Below are positions 23,130 to 34,160 of a stretch of DNA of 64,000 nt, piece by piece. Under the pieces are notes generated by a model. The model saw only the letters and a program-made list of their open reading frames with translations, was not told the origin of the DNA and ran no database searches. Made by a program: the position numbers and the translations under genes. Each line of letters begins with the position of its first letter. Within the stretch, counting starts at the first letter, position 1. The DNA is from Octopus sinensis (lineage: Eukaryota): assembly GCF_006345805.1 (NCBI RefSeq), contig NC_043013.1:50840001-50904000 (forward strand), in the 5' to 3' direction.

Positions 23130-23580
23130 AGATGTAAGTGTAAAGGCTATACAAGTGTAAAGGAATATACATTTTCATTGGACTTTGATATTTGAAATCC
23201 TTACGGTGACCAGTGAACTAATTACGGTGACCACTGAATAGATTTCACTGTAAATAGATATATTTGCAAAGGCTTGGCAAGTATCACTGCTAGCGGGGAC
23301 TCGCTACCCTGGACTGACGACGGGCAAGACCCAGAAACATGCATGTCTTCAGGTTGCTAGTCCTAGCTGGTGGGGGTGCTTGCCTCCCCTTTGCAAATAT
23401 AAGGACACAGGAAATGTGTCAAAGCTGACAGGAAGCGTCAATGCTTCCTAGGGTTAAACAGCGGTGGTGTAATTCCCTTACGGGACTGTCACGTTATGTT
23501 TACTTTATACAACCACTCTATCACTCCACACCGCTCATGTCTCTATGAGACATTTAGAAATTCAATATTTCTAAAAAGAA
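23130..23580 (+). mobile_element. structured, hammerhead-bearing element inserted in (TA)n (Penelope-like terminal repeat or retrozyme-like)
   Basis: GC-richer island between TA-rich tracts, containing the hammerhead below and at least six additional hairpins; family assignment inferred from hammerhead type only. Confidence 0.55.
23308..23353 (+). ncRNA. type I hammerhead ribozyme (near-canonical)
   Basis: Helix I CCTGGA(23308-13)/TTCAGG(23348-53); core CTGACGA(23314-20); helix II C-GGG-CAAGA-CCC-A; GAAA(23334-37); palindromic helix III ACATGCATGT(23337-46); GUC triplet, predicted cleavage after 23347. Confidence 0.8.
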
Positions 23581-23594
23581 TATATGTATATGTA

Positions 23595-23885
23595 ATGATG
23601 TGTGACCTAGTGGTTTGTGTAATACATTCACAATCCCCAGATCATGGGTTCAGTTCCTGGACTGGGTAGTGTATCTTGTTCTTGAGCAAAACACTTCATT
23701 CATGTTGCTGCAGTATACTCAGCCATTAATGGGAAACTCTGCAATAGACTAGTCTTCCAATCAGGGAAAAAGTTAGCCTGCTCACCCCACCCAGTGGAGT
23801 GGCATCATTCAAAAGCTAAAACTGTGTGAAGTGCATTGTGACCAGCGATGTATAACAATGTCTGATAGTCTGGTTGATACCGTGA
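23595..23885 (+). mobile_element. degenerate SINE family D
   Basis: tRNA-like head GTGACCTAGTGGTT...GGGTTCAGTTCCTGG followed by TTCTTGAGCAAAACACTTCATT. Confidence 0.7.
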
Positions 23886-24394
23886 TGTGTGTATAGTTGT
23901 GTCTGTACCTCCTTGTCTCAGTATCATGTGATTGTTGTAAATGAGTTTCACTGTCATACAAGCAGTGTCATTTGTTTCTGATCATCCATGGGAACATACC
24001 AGTCATGGAAAAAAGTGTTATTACCTTGCTAGGGAACAGGTAAGGGTTGTTGGCAGGAAGAGCATCATATATAACATAGATAATGAGCTTCCAAACAGTT
24101 TCCATTCGCAGGGTATTGATCAACTCAACATGGGGCTATACACTTTCACTTGGCGCCATGCACTGGTATTGAACCCATCATCATGTGATTCCTAATCAAA
24201 CATGTAAAAAATACAGAAACCCTAAACACATACACAAACACACATATTGATTTCAAATTTTGGCACAAGGCCTGCAATTTGGGGGAAGGAGATTTAAAAC
24301 TGGTACTTAATTTATCAACCCCTAAATGATGAAAGGCAAAGTCGACCATGGCTGAATTTGAACTCAGAACGTGAAGACAGATGAAATACTGCTG

Positions 24395-24790
24395 AGCGTT
24401 GGGCCTCATAGAAGCAAAGTGGCTGAGTTCCTTTTGAGCACTGGGCTGAGTTCGTTTCAAGCGTTGGGCCTCATGGAGGCAATGACCGAGACCTTTGGCT
24501 TTATGTCAGGCTTGTGAAGAAGACCCATCAAGCCGAGCAAAATCACAGTCATGGCAGATATTGGTGTCACACAAATGGCACTGTGTCAGTGACATATAAA
24601 AGCACCCATTACGCTCTCGGAGTGGTTGGCATTAGGAAGGGCATCTGACCTTAGAAAACTATGCCAAATCAAATTAAAGTTTGGTGCAGCTTTCCAGCTT
24701 ACCGGCCCCAGTCAAACCGTCCAGTATGGACAATGGATGTTAAATGATGATGATGATAATGAAGATGATGATGATGATGGTGATGATGAT
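24395..24790 (+). mobile_element. SINE family C copy with (GAT)n tail
   Basis: AAAAGCACCCATTACGCTCTCGGAGTGGTTGGCATTAGGAAGGGCATC...GATGTTAAATGATGATG. Confidence 0.75.
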
Positions 24791-25389
24791 GATGGTAAGG
24801 GTTCTGCCAGCTCGCTACCTTGCATACACATCTGATATATTCCACCTAACATGTTCTTTTTTTCTTTTCCTTAAATAGTTCTTTCCTTTGTCATCACTAT
24901 CAATGAACTCAACATTGCTGTGACCTTACCAGTTCTATTGTTCTTGGAGTTTTCAACCTACATATTTAAAACAAAAACGGAAGCAACATTATTTAAGTGT
25001 AAAGACAAAAAAAAAAAAAAAAAAGAAATAACCTCCAAAATTACATCAAAAGCCATCATCACTCCATCATGAAATATATATATAGATTATTATCTCAATT
25101 ATTATTTTGACTAATTTTCTAATAATTTTCGTTGACTGTACAAACAAAACAAGACAAGATATGCTTGCTAGTTTCCTTGGGAGTGTCACACTTGTTAGAA
25201 ATCACAAGAAGCCAGGTATTGGCCAAAGGAAACAATTTATCAGATTTTATATTCTTGTTTTGAAAAACACCCAACAGTTGCATCATTGTTTTTCCTTACA
25301 TTGGCATTGTGCCACAAATATAAAGTGTGTGTGTGTGTGTGTTGGTATAACCATCTGAACAGAAACCCAGTTTATAACTGGTACCTACT

Positions 25390-25660
25390 TTAACCCTTTT
25401 GCTTTTAGATTACTTTGTGAAATGTAATGTCTGTCTATTCACATTGTCTTGAATTCATGCATTATCTTCCAGCTTTGAGATTTCAATGATGTGGATGCTT
25501 GTGTTTAGAATGACATTGAAGGTCAGGTGTGAGTGGTCAGTTCTGGCCAGTTTTAACCCTTTCGTTACCAACTTGGCTGAAACCGAAATATGGTAACCAA
25601 AAGGTTAAAATATATAATAGAGAAACAATCCTTAACCCTTTTGATACCAACCCGGATGAA
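25390..25660. mobile_element. cluster of TTAA-flanked piggyBac-type MITE pieces
   Basis: TTAACCCTTT at 25390, 25553 and 25632; 48-bp mini-copy 25557-25604 retains both termini. Confidence 0.65.
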
Positions 25661-26095
25661 GGCCCGAAATTTTAGAGGAGGAGGCCAGTCGATTAGATTG
25701 ACCCCAGTATACGACTGGTACGTAATTTATCAACCTCGAAAGGTTGAAAGGCAAAGTTGACCTCAGTGGAGTTTGAACTCAGAATGTAAAGACTGACGAA
25801 ATACCACTAAGCATTTCACCCAGCATGCTAATGTTTCTGCCAGCTCATCGCCATTGAAGGACTACTATTGACTAAATACAGGTGACAAGCTGGCAGAATC
25901 GTTAGTATCCCAGGTGAAATGCTTAGTGGTATTTTGTCTGGCTTTACGTTCTGAGTTCAAATTCCACTGAGGTTGACTTTGCCTTTCATCCTTTCTGGGT
26001 CAATAAATTAAGTACCAGTTTTATACTGGGGTTGATGTAATCAACTATTCGCCTCCCCCAAATTTTAGGCCTTGTGCTTATTAGGAGAAAGGATT
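25660..26095. mobile_element. two SINE family B copies in inverted (head-to-head) orientation
   Basis: Minus copy ~25660-25850, plus copy ~25880-26095. Confidence 0.8.
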
Positions 26096-26614
26096 ATTGA
26101 ATAAATAAAAATCCACAGCTCGTTTAATTTATCTAAATCTACCGATAATTGCAGCTCAGTAAAACCAACTTCTCACATCCATTATCCGCAAACACTCTCC
26201 TTTAAAAATACTTAGGAAATTATCAAAAATGTCAAATTTTCTTCTAAGATTTTTTTCAATTTGCATTATAATTGTAAAACTCAATTAAGGTTTTGACAAA
26301 TATTATCTTAGTGCCTTGGGTCTTCACAGCTCTTATTTTAAAGGTTAATGATAAATCTTTTAAAAGAAGCCATAGCAGTTTTAAGGAAACAACTGGTAAA
26401 TTTTTTTTTTCCTATTTACAAATTTGTACAACAGACAGAAGTATGGCTGTGTGGTTAAGAAGCTCCCTTTGCAGCCATGTGATTTTAGGTTCAATCCTAT
26501 TGTGTGGCACCTTGGGCAAATGTCTTCTACTATAGATCCAGGCTGACCTATGCCTTGTGAGTGAATTTGGTTGATGGAAAATTTGTGTGACCCCATTGTG
26601 TTTGTATATATATG

Positions 26615-26648
<34 letters not shown>

Positions 26649-27286
26649 GTACAAAGTAAGATAGGGGCTATGGGTGTAACACACTATGGGATATCATTTA
26701 TCCAATATACTGTTGGTAAAGTACCCAAATTCTTAATACATAAATGTTTTTATTTGCAATGCAATTAATTCATTTATTGTATTAAATGGGTGATGGTAAA
26801 GAAATATTTTTACCGTAAATTTATAATACAAATAAGAAAATGGAGAAACCAATTTAGTTTGTCCATCAACTTTCGGATATTAGAATGATGGATTATTTAT
26901 TCATTTTACAAATGAGAACATCAAAAGCATACAAAATATTATATAAATCAATAGATAAGATAATAATACAAATACAGATTTTAAAAGTCATATATATGTT
27001 TAAATATTTATATGTATATGCTAGCATGGAAAGTGGACGTTAAACGACGACGATGATGATGATGATGTATATACTTTTCTATTCTAGGCACAAGGCTTGA
27101 GTTTAAATTTTTGGGGAGAGGGCCAGTCGATTGGATCGACTCCAGTATGCAACTGGTACTCAATTTATCGACCCAGAAAGGATGAAAGGCAAAGTCGACC
27201 TTGGTGGAATTTGACCTCAGAAAGTAAAGACAGACAAAATACTGCTGAGCATTTCACCTGGCATGTTAACATTACTGCAGCTCGTC

Positions 27287-27317
<31 letters not shown>

Positions 27318-28340
27318 GTGTGCTTGTCCCTTCTTCCCTGCCACTTAATGACCAGTGTTGCTTTGTTTATGTCCCTATAACCTAGTGATTCAGCAAGAAA
27401 AGGGACTGTTAAAGTAATTACCATTCATAAAAAAAAAAGAAAAAGAGCTATTAGTACTGGGGTCGATTTGTTCGACTTAAAACTCTTCTTGGTTGTGCTC
27501 CAGCTTGGCCTCAGTGCGATGACTGAAACTAGTAAACAACAACAGATGGCAAAACAACATTTAGAATTTACATCTAAATGTTTCAAATTGAAAAATGACA
27601 AAAAAAGAAAAAAAAAAAGAATGGAAACGAGTTTTGTCAGTAACAGCTTCAGCTAGGATTGTCTGTGTTGGGATGGAATATTTTCACAAACAGAAATCAC
27701 TTTATATTTTACATACAAAGAACTTCTATGTAATTTGTTTTTGCTTTGTGTATTTTTGAAATTTTGTTCTATGGAAGGGGATTGGGACTCTCATAAACAA
27801 ACCAAACCCTATATTTGAAATTTAGACAGTATTTACAATAAAAAATTTGCATGCTGAAGTTTTGTCTTGGAGTGTTTCTGATACAGCATATTTCTACTCT
27901 GCTAATATAAAGATTATAATGATATCTAGGATATAATATACTTCTATTTTATCATATGGTATATTATTATATCTGGGATATAACATCCTTCTACTGCGTT
28001 ATCATACAATATATAAAAAAAATATAAATGTACCCTTTTAAAGCCCAGCCAGGCTCATGGGCCCGGTTTCAATGGCGTATGTGTTCCCCAGCTGGACAGG
28101 ACGCCAGTCCATCGCAGCGTTACTCATTTTTGCCAGCTGCGAGGACTGGAGCAACGTGAAATGAAGTGTTTTGCTCAAGAACACAACATGTTGCCCGGCC
28201 CAGGAATTGAAACCACAATCATATGATCATGATGCTGACACCCTAACCACTAAGCCACGCACCTCCACCATACAATATATAGTTAAAAAAGAGCTACACA
28301 AGTTTTGTCTGTGGGACAGCCAGGATTGAAGTGAATACCA

Positions 28341-28557
28341 CAAGGGGGTACTGAAAAGTTCCTGGCTTTGGGTCAAAGAAGATACATGAGGATCAATTAA
28401 TTATGATTTTACCCAACATATTCCCTTCTCAGATTCACACACATATTGCTGTGGTCCTTCAGTTTTTCTAAACCCTGTAGAAGGACTTGGAGGTTTGGGT
28501 CTTCAACCAGGCCTTTTGTGATACCCTTAAAGCCAGGAACTTTTCAGTACCACCGCA
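28341..28557. mobile_element. Tc1/mariner-type MITE
   Basis: TIRs GGGGGTACTGAAAAGTTCCTGGCTTT / AAAGCCAGGAACTTTTCAGTACCACC; TA at the right flank, CA at the left (decayed TSD). Confidence 0.8.
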
Positions 28558-28560
28558 TAC

Positions 28561-28740
28561 ATTTGGCAGGATTGGCCACCATGTCATGAATGGAGATCAG
28601 GGAATAAAAGCATTCATAATGTACCACTAGTTTCATCTGAGCTAATTGTGTTCCCTCCATTACATATTAAACTTGAAATCTTTGAAAATTTTGTGAAGTG
28701 ACTGGGGTCTGCGGGGCAAGCAATCAAAGTACTGAATGAT
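28561..28740 (+). pseudogene. DNA-transposon transposase relic, Chapaev3-like
   Basis: Frame from 28570: DWPPCHEWRSGNKSIHNVPLVSSELIVFPPLHIKLEIFENFVK*, matching the recalled W-P-x-R...PLV...PPLHIKLG-x-x-K-N/Q-FVK transposase motif; superfamily assignment from memory. Confidence 0.65.
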
Positions 28741-28742
28741 AT

Positions 28743-29522
28743 TAAAGTGGTGAGCTGGCAGAAACGTTAGCATGCCAAGTGAAAGCTGTATTTCATCCGT
28801 CACTACATTCTGAGTTCAAATTCTGCTCAGGTCAACTTTGCCTTTAATCCTTTTGGGGTTGATAAATTAAGTGCCAGATGTGTACTGAGGTCGATCTAAT
28901 TGACTGGTCCCTACCCCCAAAATTTCAGGCCTTGTGCCTATGATAGAAAGGATTATTGATATAACTATATACAGCATCGTGAAGTATATTTACCACTTAA
29001 CCCTTAAGGGTTGATGCTACTGTAGCTTGTAGACCCAGGAGGACACCTCCTCCAGCTGGCTATTGACACACTATCTGTGCCCTATCAGTATTTGCAAAGG
29101 GAAACCATCCTTCCCATCTTCATCCTGATGTGATGTAAGGATGACTTCCCTTTGCAAATACTGATAGGGCACAGATAGTGTGTCAATAGCCAGCTGGAGG
29201 AGGTGTCCTCCTGGGTCTACAAGCTACAGTAGCATCAACCCTTAAGGGTTAGCCATATTTAAGTGGAAAATATATTTCACGATGCTGTATATAGTTATAT
29301 CAATAATCTTTTCTACTCTAGACACAAGGCCTGAAATTTTAAGGGGTGGGGGCCAGTCAATTAGATCGACCTCAGTATGCAACTGGCACTTAATTTATCA
29401 ACCCCGAAAAGATTAAAGGTAAATTCGACCTCGGCGGAATTTGAACTCAGAACGTAGTGGCAGACAAAATATAGCTAGCATTTCACCTGGCATGCTAACA
29501 TTTCTGCCAGCTCGCCGCCTTA
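28743..29522. repeat. ~780-bp palindrome: inverted SINE B pair + ~48-bp unique arms + perfect 105-bp inner arms
   Basis: Inner arms 28999-29103 and 29146-29250 are exact reverse complements around a 42-nt spacer; ~28951-28998 pairs with ~29259-29308 with 2 mismatches; SINE B plus (28743-28950) pairs with SINE B minus (29305-29522). Confidence 0.92.
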
Positions 29523-29540
29523 ATAATAATAATAATGATG

Positions 29541-29584
<44 letters not shown>

Positions 29585-29586
<2 letters not shown>

Positions 29587-30040
29587 TTTATTCTTTTATT
29601 GGCCACAAGGGCTTACATAAAATAACATTAAAAGACATATGGCGGTGCCCCAGCATGGCCACAGCTCGTAAGCTGAAACTAGAATCAATCAATCAATCAA
29701 TCATATAACAACATTAAAGACAAAATCAGGGACGATACAATGGGTTTTCACATGTACACAATGTAATAACAAAAAAAACTGAACAAACTATAAACTCCCA
29801 ATAGGGGAGCTGCTTTAAGGTCCTCATGCAAAAAACCCACAAAAACAACAGGTGTCTAATCAACAGGGCAAGAGCCCTTCATTTATTTCTTACAGGTGCA
29901 TGCTCAGACTTGGTCCTTTCGCACTGGCCATTCTTCCAACATTCACCCACCTTTCAACAAACTCGCTACAACACTTCCTTCTCCATCCTCAATTTCCTTT
30001 TCAAGTGAAACTTGTAAAAGTTGATGAGGGTTTGGCCAAA
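29585..30040 (-). mobile_element. LINE 3' end, L1/Tx1-like (ORF2 C-terminus, 3' UTR, AATAAA)
   Basis: Minus frame with a frameshift: LINFYKFHLKRKLRMEKEVL/SEFVERWVNVGRMASAKGPSLSMHL*, then T-rich UTR and GGCCAATAAAAGAATAAA; a short SINE A tail is inserted at ~29637-29702. Confidence 0.5.
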
Positions 30041-30067
30041 GATGTAACATGCTTTTAATACCAAACC

Positions 30068-30380
30068 ACCTGAAACGTCTTGGTTCTATAACGTAAATTC
30101 CCTCATTTAGATCTAAATTAAAAGCTCCGTTAAAATTCACGTTAATTATATCAAACATGCTCTATACAGTTATTAATATTTTCAGGAGTGAACTCAGAAT
30201 TGTTAGCACACGCTCAACCTGAAACGTCGTTGTTCTAATAACGAAATTCCCTCATTTAAAATGATCTAAATTAAAAGCTCCGTTAAAATTTCACGTTAAT
30301 TTATATTCCAAACAACAGCTTAATTATGACAGTTATTAATATTATTCAGGAGGTGAACTGGCAGAATTGTTAGCACACCC
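30068..30380. repeat. ~145-bp tandem duplication, first copy rich in small deletions
   Basis: CCTGAAACGTC...AAATTCCCTCATTT...AAAAGCTCCGTTAAAAT...CAGTTATTAATATT...CAGGAG occurs at ~30070 and ~30218. Confidence 0.8.
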
Positions 30381-30538
30381 AGCAAAATGCTCAGCAGCAT
30401 TAGTTCCCTCTTAATGTTCTGAGTTCAAATTCTGCTGAGGTCAACTTTGCCTTTCATATTTTCAGGGTAAATAAAATAAGTACTAGGGTCAAGTACCCCC
30501 TCCCCCAAATTTCAGGCCTTGTGCCTATTGCAGTAAGG

Positions 30539-30575
<37 letters not shown>

Positions 30576-30579
30576 GTAT

Positions 30580-30614
<35 letters not shown>

Positions 30615-31714
30615 TTAAAGTGGCAAGCTGGCAGAATCATTTGCATGCTGGGCAAAATGCTTAGCGGCATTTTGTCCATCTGCATGTCTGAGTTCAAATT
30701 CTGCTTAGGTAGACTTTGCCTTTCATCCTTTAGGGGTCGATAAATTAAATACCAGTTGAACACTGGGGTGTATGTAACTGACTCATCCCCTACCCCAAAA
30801 TTGCTGCGCTTGTGACAAAATTTGAAACCATTATTATTATTATTATTATTATATAAGGCGGCGAGCTGGCAGAAACATTAGCACATCGGGCGAAACGCTT
30901 AGCAGTATTTTGTCTGTGGCTGTTCTGAGTTCAAATTCTGCCAAGGGCGACTTTGCCTTTCATCTATTCAGGGTCAATAAATTAAGTACCAGTGAAACAC
31001 TGGGGTCAATCTAATCGACTGGCCCCCTCCTCCAAAACTTCAGGCCTTGTGCCTATAGTAGAAAGGATTATTATTGTTATTATTATTATTATAAGGCGGT
31101 GAGCTGGCAGAATCGTTAGGATGAAATGCTTATTGGTATTTCACGCATTGCTATGTTCTCAGTTCAAATTCCACCAAGGTCGACTTTCTCTTTCATCCTT
31201 TCAGGGTCGATAAATTAAGTACTAGTTGTGCACTGGGGTTGATGTAACTTCAGGCCTTGTGCCCATGGTAGAAAGGATTCTTCTTCTTCTTCTTCTTCTT
31301 CTTCTTCTTCTCCTTCTCCTTCTTCCACTTCTTCTTCTTCGTTTTCTTCTTCTTCTTCTTCTTCTTCTTCTTCTTCTTCTTCTTCTTCTTCTTCTTCTTC
31401 TTCTTCTTCTTCTTCTTCTTCTTCTTCTTCTTCTTCTTCTTCTCATTGTCATTATCATTATTATTATTATCATCATCATCATCATCATCATTATTAAGGT
31501 GGTGAGTTGACAGAACCATTTGCATGTCTGGCAAAATGCTTAGCGGTATTTTGTCTGTCTTCACGTTCTGAGTTCAAAATCAGCCGAGGTCGACTTTGCC
31601 TTTCATCCTTTTCGGGGTTGATGAAATAAGTACTTGTTGAGATCTGGGGGTTGATGTAATCAATCAACTACCTCCATGCCTGCCAAATGGCTGGCCTTGT
31701 TCAAATAGCAGAAA
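30347..31714 (+). mobile_element. five head-to-tail SINE family B copies
   Basis: Heads at ~30347, 30616, 30855, 31092, 31496, separated by (ATT)n/(AGT)n/(CTT)n tracts. Confidence 0.85.
31278..31441. repeat. (CTT)n microsatellite
   Basis: Near-pure CTT run; source of the poly-R/K/L ORFs. Confidence 0.95.
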
Positions 31715-32633
31715 AAATTTACTTCAGATTTTTCTTCAGGTTCCAAAAAAAAAAAAAAAAAATTAATAAGAAAAGAAAAGAAGCGATGTTGTGGTAAGCA
31801 TCCTTGGTTCTGATCACTTCTGCAGATAGCACAATCTGATTTAGGTTAGCATGGGAAAAAATGATAAAAAAAAAAAGAAAGGGTGCAAAAATAGTGAAGA
31901 ATCTAGACAAGAAATGAAGTTGTCCCTTAAATATAGCAACAATTCATTTGCTGTTTCAACATTAGAAAGTTGACCTCACTCTCCACCCTTGCCTACCCTT
32001 CCATAATCCTGAATTCTTCCCCGCACTTCCTCCATAAACCCATTCCTTATCTAAACCAACCATACAAACATTCTGTTTTTGTTCATAGAATTTCATGGTT
32101 AATATTTTTATTTACCTATTTTTGTTTTTTTTATTAGAACTACACCCATTGTGAATCATCTGTTGCAGACTTTTCCTTGTATCTGCTGCCACCCCTCTGC
32201 TCTACTTCTACCCTGGTCCCCTTTGTGGTGGTGGTGGTGGTGGAACAGTAGAGAGTGGAAGGTTCTTTTAATTTTTGTTTGAATGTCTTGTCATAACTTT
32301 TCTTTTAATAACAATAATAATAATGATAATAATAATAATAATGTTGATGATGATAGTACGTCTGAGAATAGTTTTACATCTTGGCACATGGCTAGCACTT
32401 TAACGGGAGTACATTTGTTGATTACATTGACCCCACTTCTTTGTTGGTACTTATTTTATCAACCCCACAAGGATGAAAGTCAGAGTCGATCCCAGTGGTA
32501 TTTGAACTCAAAATGTTAAGTTGAAAGCAATGACACGAAATATTTAGTGCAGTGTTCTATTCATAATGTCAACCTGCCACCTTATTTGTAATAATAACAA
32601 TAACAATAACAACAACAACAATAATAATAATGA

Positions 32634-33142
32634 TAAGATGGGCTACAGCAAATATTCTGCATAATACCACAGATTTGCTTGTCAGTTGTTTGACCTTAAC
32701 CAGTTGAGCATGTCCCTTAGTGGTTGACGATATGTGCATCGCTGATCACAAGCAGAAGTAGTGGGGGAGCATCATAGCCATGTGTTGAGAGGGATTCTTT
32801 GGGGTTTGAATAATTCACCTCTGGAAACATGGGTGGTTCGTTCAACATCCTTAAACAATCTTTCTTCAGGGACCTTTTGAGTGGGATGGGTTACTCGACC
32901 CGAAGAAAATTCTAACTGGGCCCAACCTGCAAGGTCATGCTCTGTTAATCTTGATATGAGCTCACTATGTCACGCACATATGGTTGTGATGCATGTGCCT
33001 GGTGTACCCTTATCAGACAGGTAGTCACGATGGGTATACTGGGCTTCGTGTATTTTATCCCCATGTCACTTTGATGGCATGCACTGCTCGCTCACTCAAT
33101 AATAATAATAATAATAATTATTATTATTATTATTATTATTAT
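32634..33142 (+). mobile_element. LINE-like 3' end fragment (family E) with (AAT)n tail
   Basis: Ends GCACTGCTCGCTCACTC(AAT)n; three other copies in the window. Confidence 0.7.
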
Positions 33143-33144
33143 TA

Positions 33145-33385
33145 AAAAGCACCATCCGTCCGTGGCCGTTTGCCAGCCCCGTCTGGCATCTGTGCAGGTG
33201 GCACGTAAAAAGCACCCACTACACACGTGGAGTGGTTGGCGTTAGGAAGGGCATCCAGCTGTAGAAACTCTGCCAGATCAGACTGGGCCTGGTGCAGCCT
33301 CCTGGCTTCCCAGACCCCAGTTGAACCGTCCAACCCATGCTAGCATGGAAAGCGGACGCTAAATGATGATGATGATGATGATGAT
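33145..33385 (+). mobile_element. SINE family C copy
   Basis: GGCACGTAAAAAGCACCCACTACAC...GCTAGCATGGAAAGCGGACGCTAAATGATG. Confidence 0.85.
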
Positions 33386-33399
33386 TATTATTATTATTA

Positions 33400-34026
33400 T
33401 TTCAAATTTTTGCTACAATGTCTGCTTGGGAGAGGTGGGGATTTGTCAACCCCAGTGTTCAACTGGTACTTATTTTATTGACCCCGGAAAGATGAAAGGT
33501 AGAGTTGACCTCAGTGGAACTTGAACCCAGAATGTAGCAGTGGGCAAAATTCCGCTAAGCATTTCGTCCAGCTCACTGATGATTCTGTCATCTTGCAACC
33601 TTAATCACAATAATAATCTTTTCTCCTCTAGGCACAAGGCCCGAAATTTGGGGGGAAGGTGCCAGTTGATAAGATCGACCCCAGTATGCAACTGGTACTT
33701 AATTTATTGACCTTGAAAGGATGAAAGGCAAAGTCAACCTCAGCAGAAAATAATGATAACGATAATAATAATAATGGTTTCAAATTTTGACGCAAGGCCA
33801 GTAATTTTGAGGGAAGGGGTAAGTCAATTATATTGACCCCAGTGTTTAACTGGTACTTAATTTATTGACCCCAAAAGGATGAAAAGCAAACTTGACCTCG
33901 GTGGAATTTGAACTCAGAATGAACAGCCCCATGAAATGCCTCCACTAGGTATTTTGCCTGGCATGCTGACAATTCTGCCACCTCACCACCTCAGTAATAA
34001 TAATAATAATAATGATAATAATAATG

Positions 34027-34060
<34 letters not shown>

Positions 34061-34160
34061 ATATTTCAAATTTTGGCACAACTCCAGCAATTTTGGAGAG
34101 TGGGGTGGCTAAGTTGATTATATCAGCCCCAGTGTTCAACTGGTACTCTTATTTTATCGA
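33400..34160 (-). mobile_element. four full or partial SINE family B copies, minus strand
   Basis: Repeated CCCCAGT-TTCAACTGGTACTT...GAAAGG-AAAGTC-ACCTC motifs separated by (AAT)n. Confidence 0.8.
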
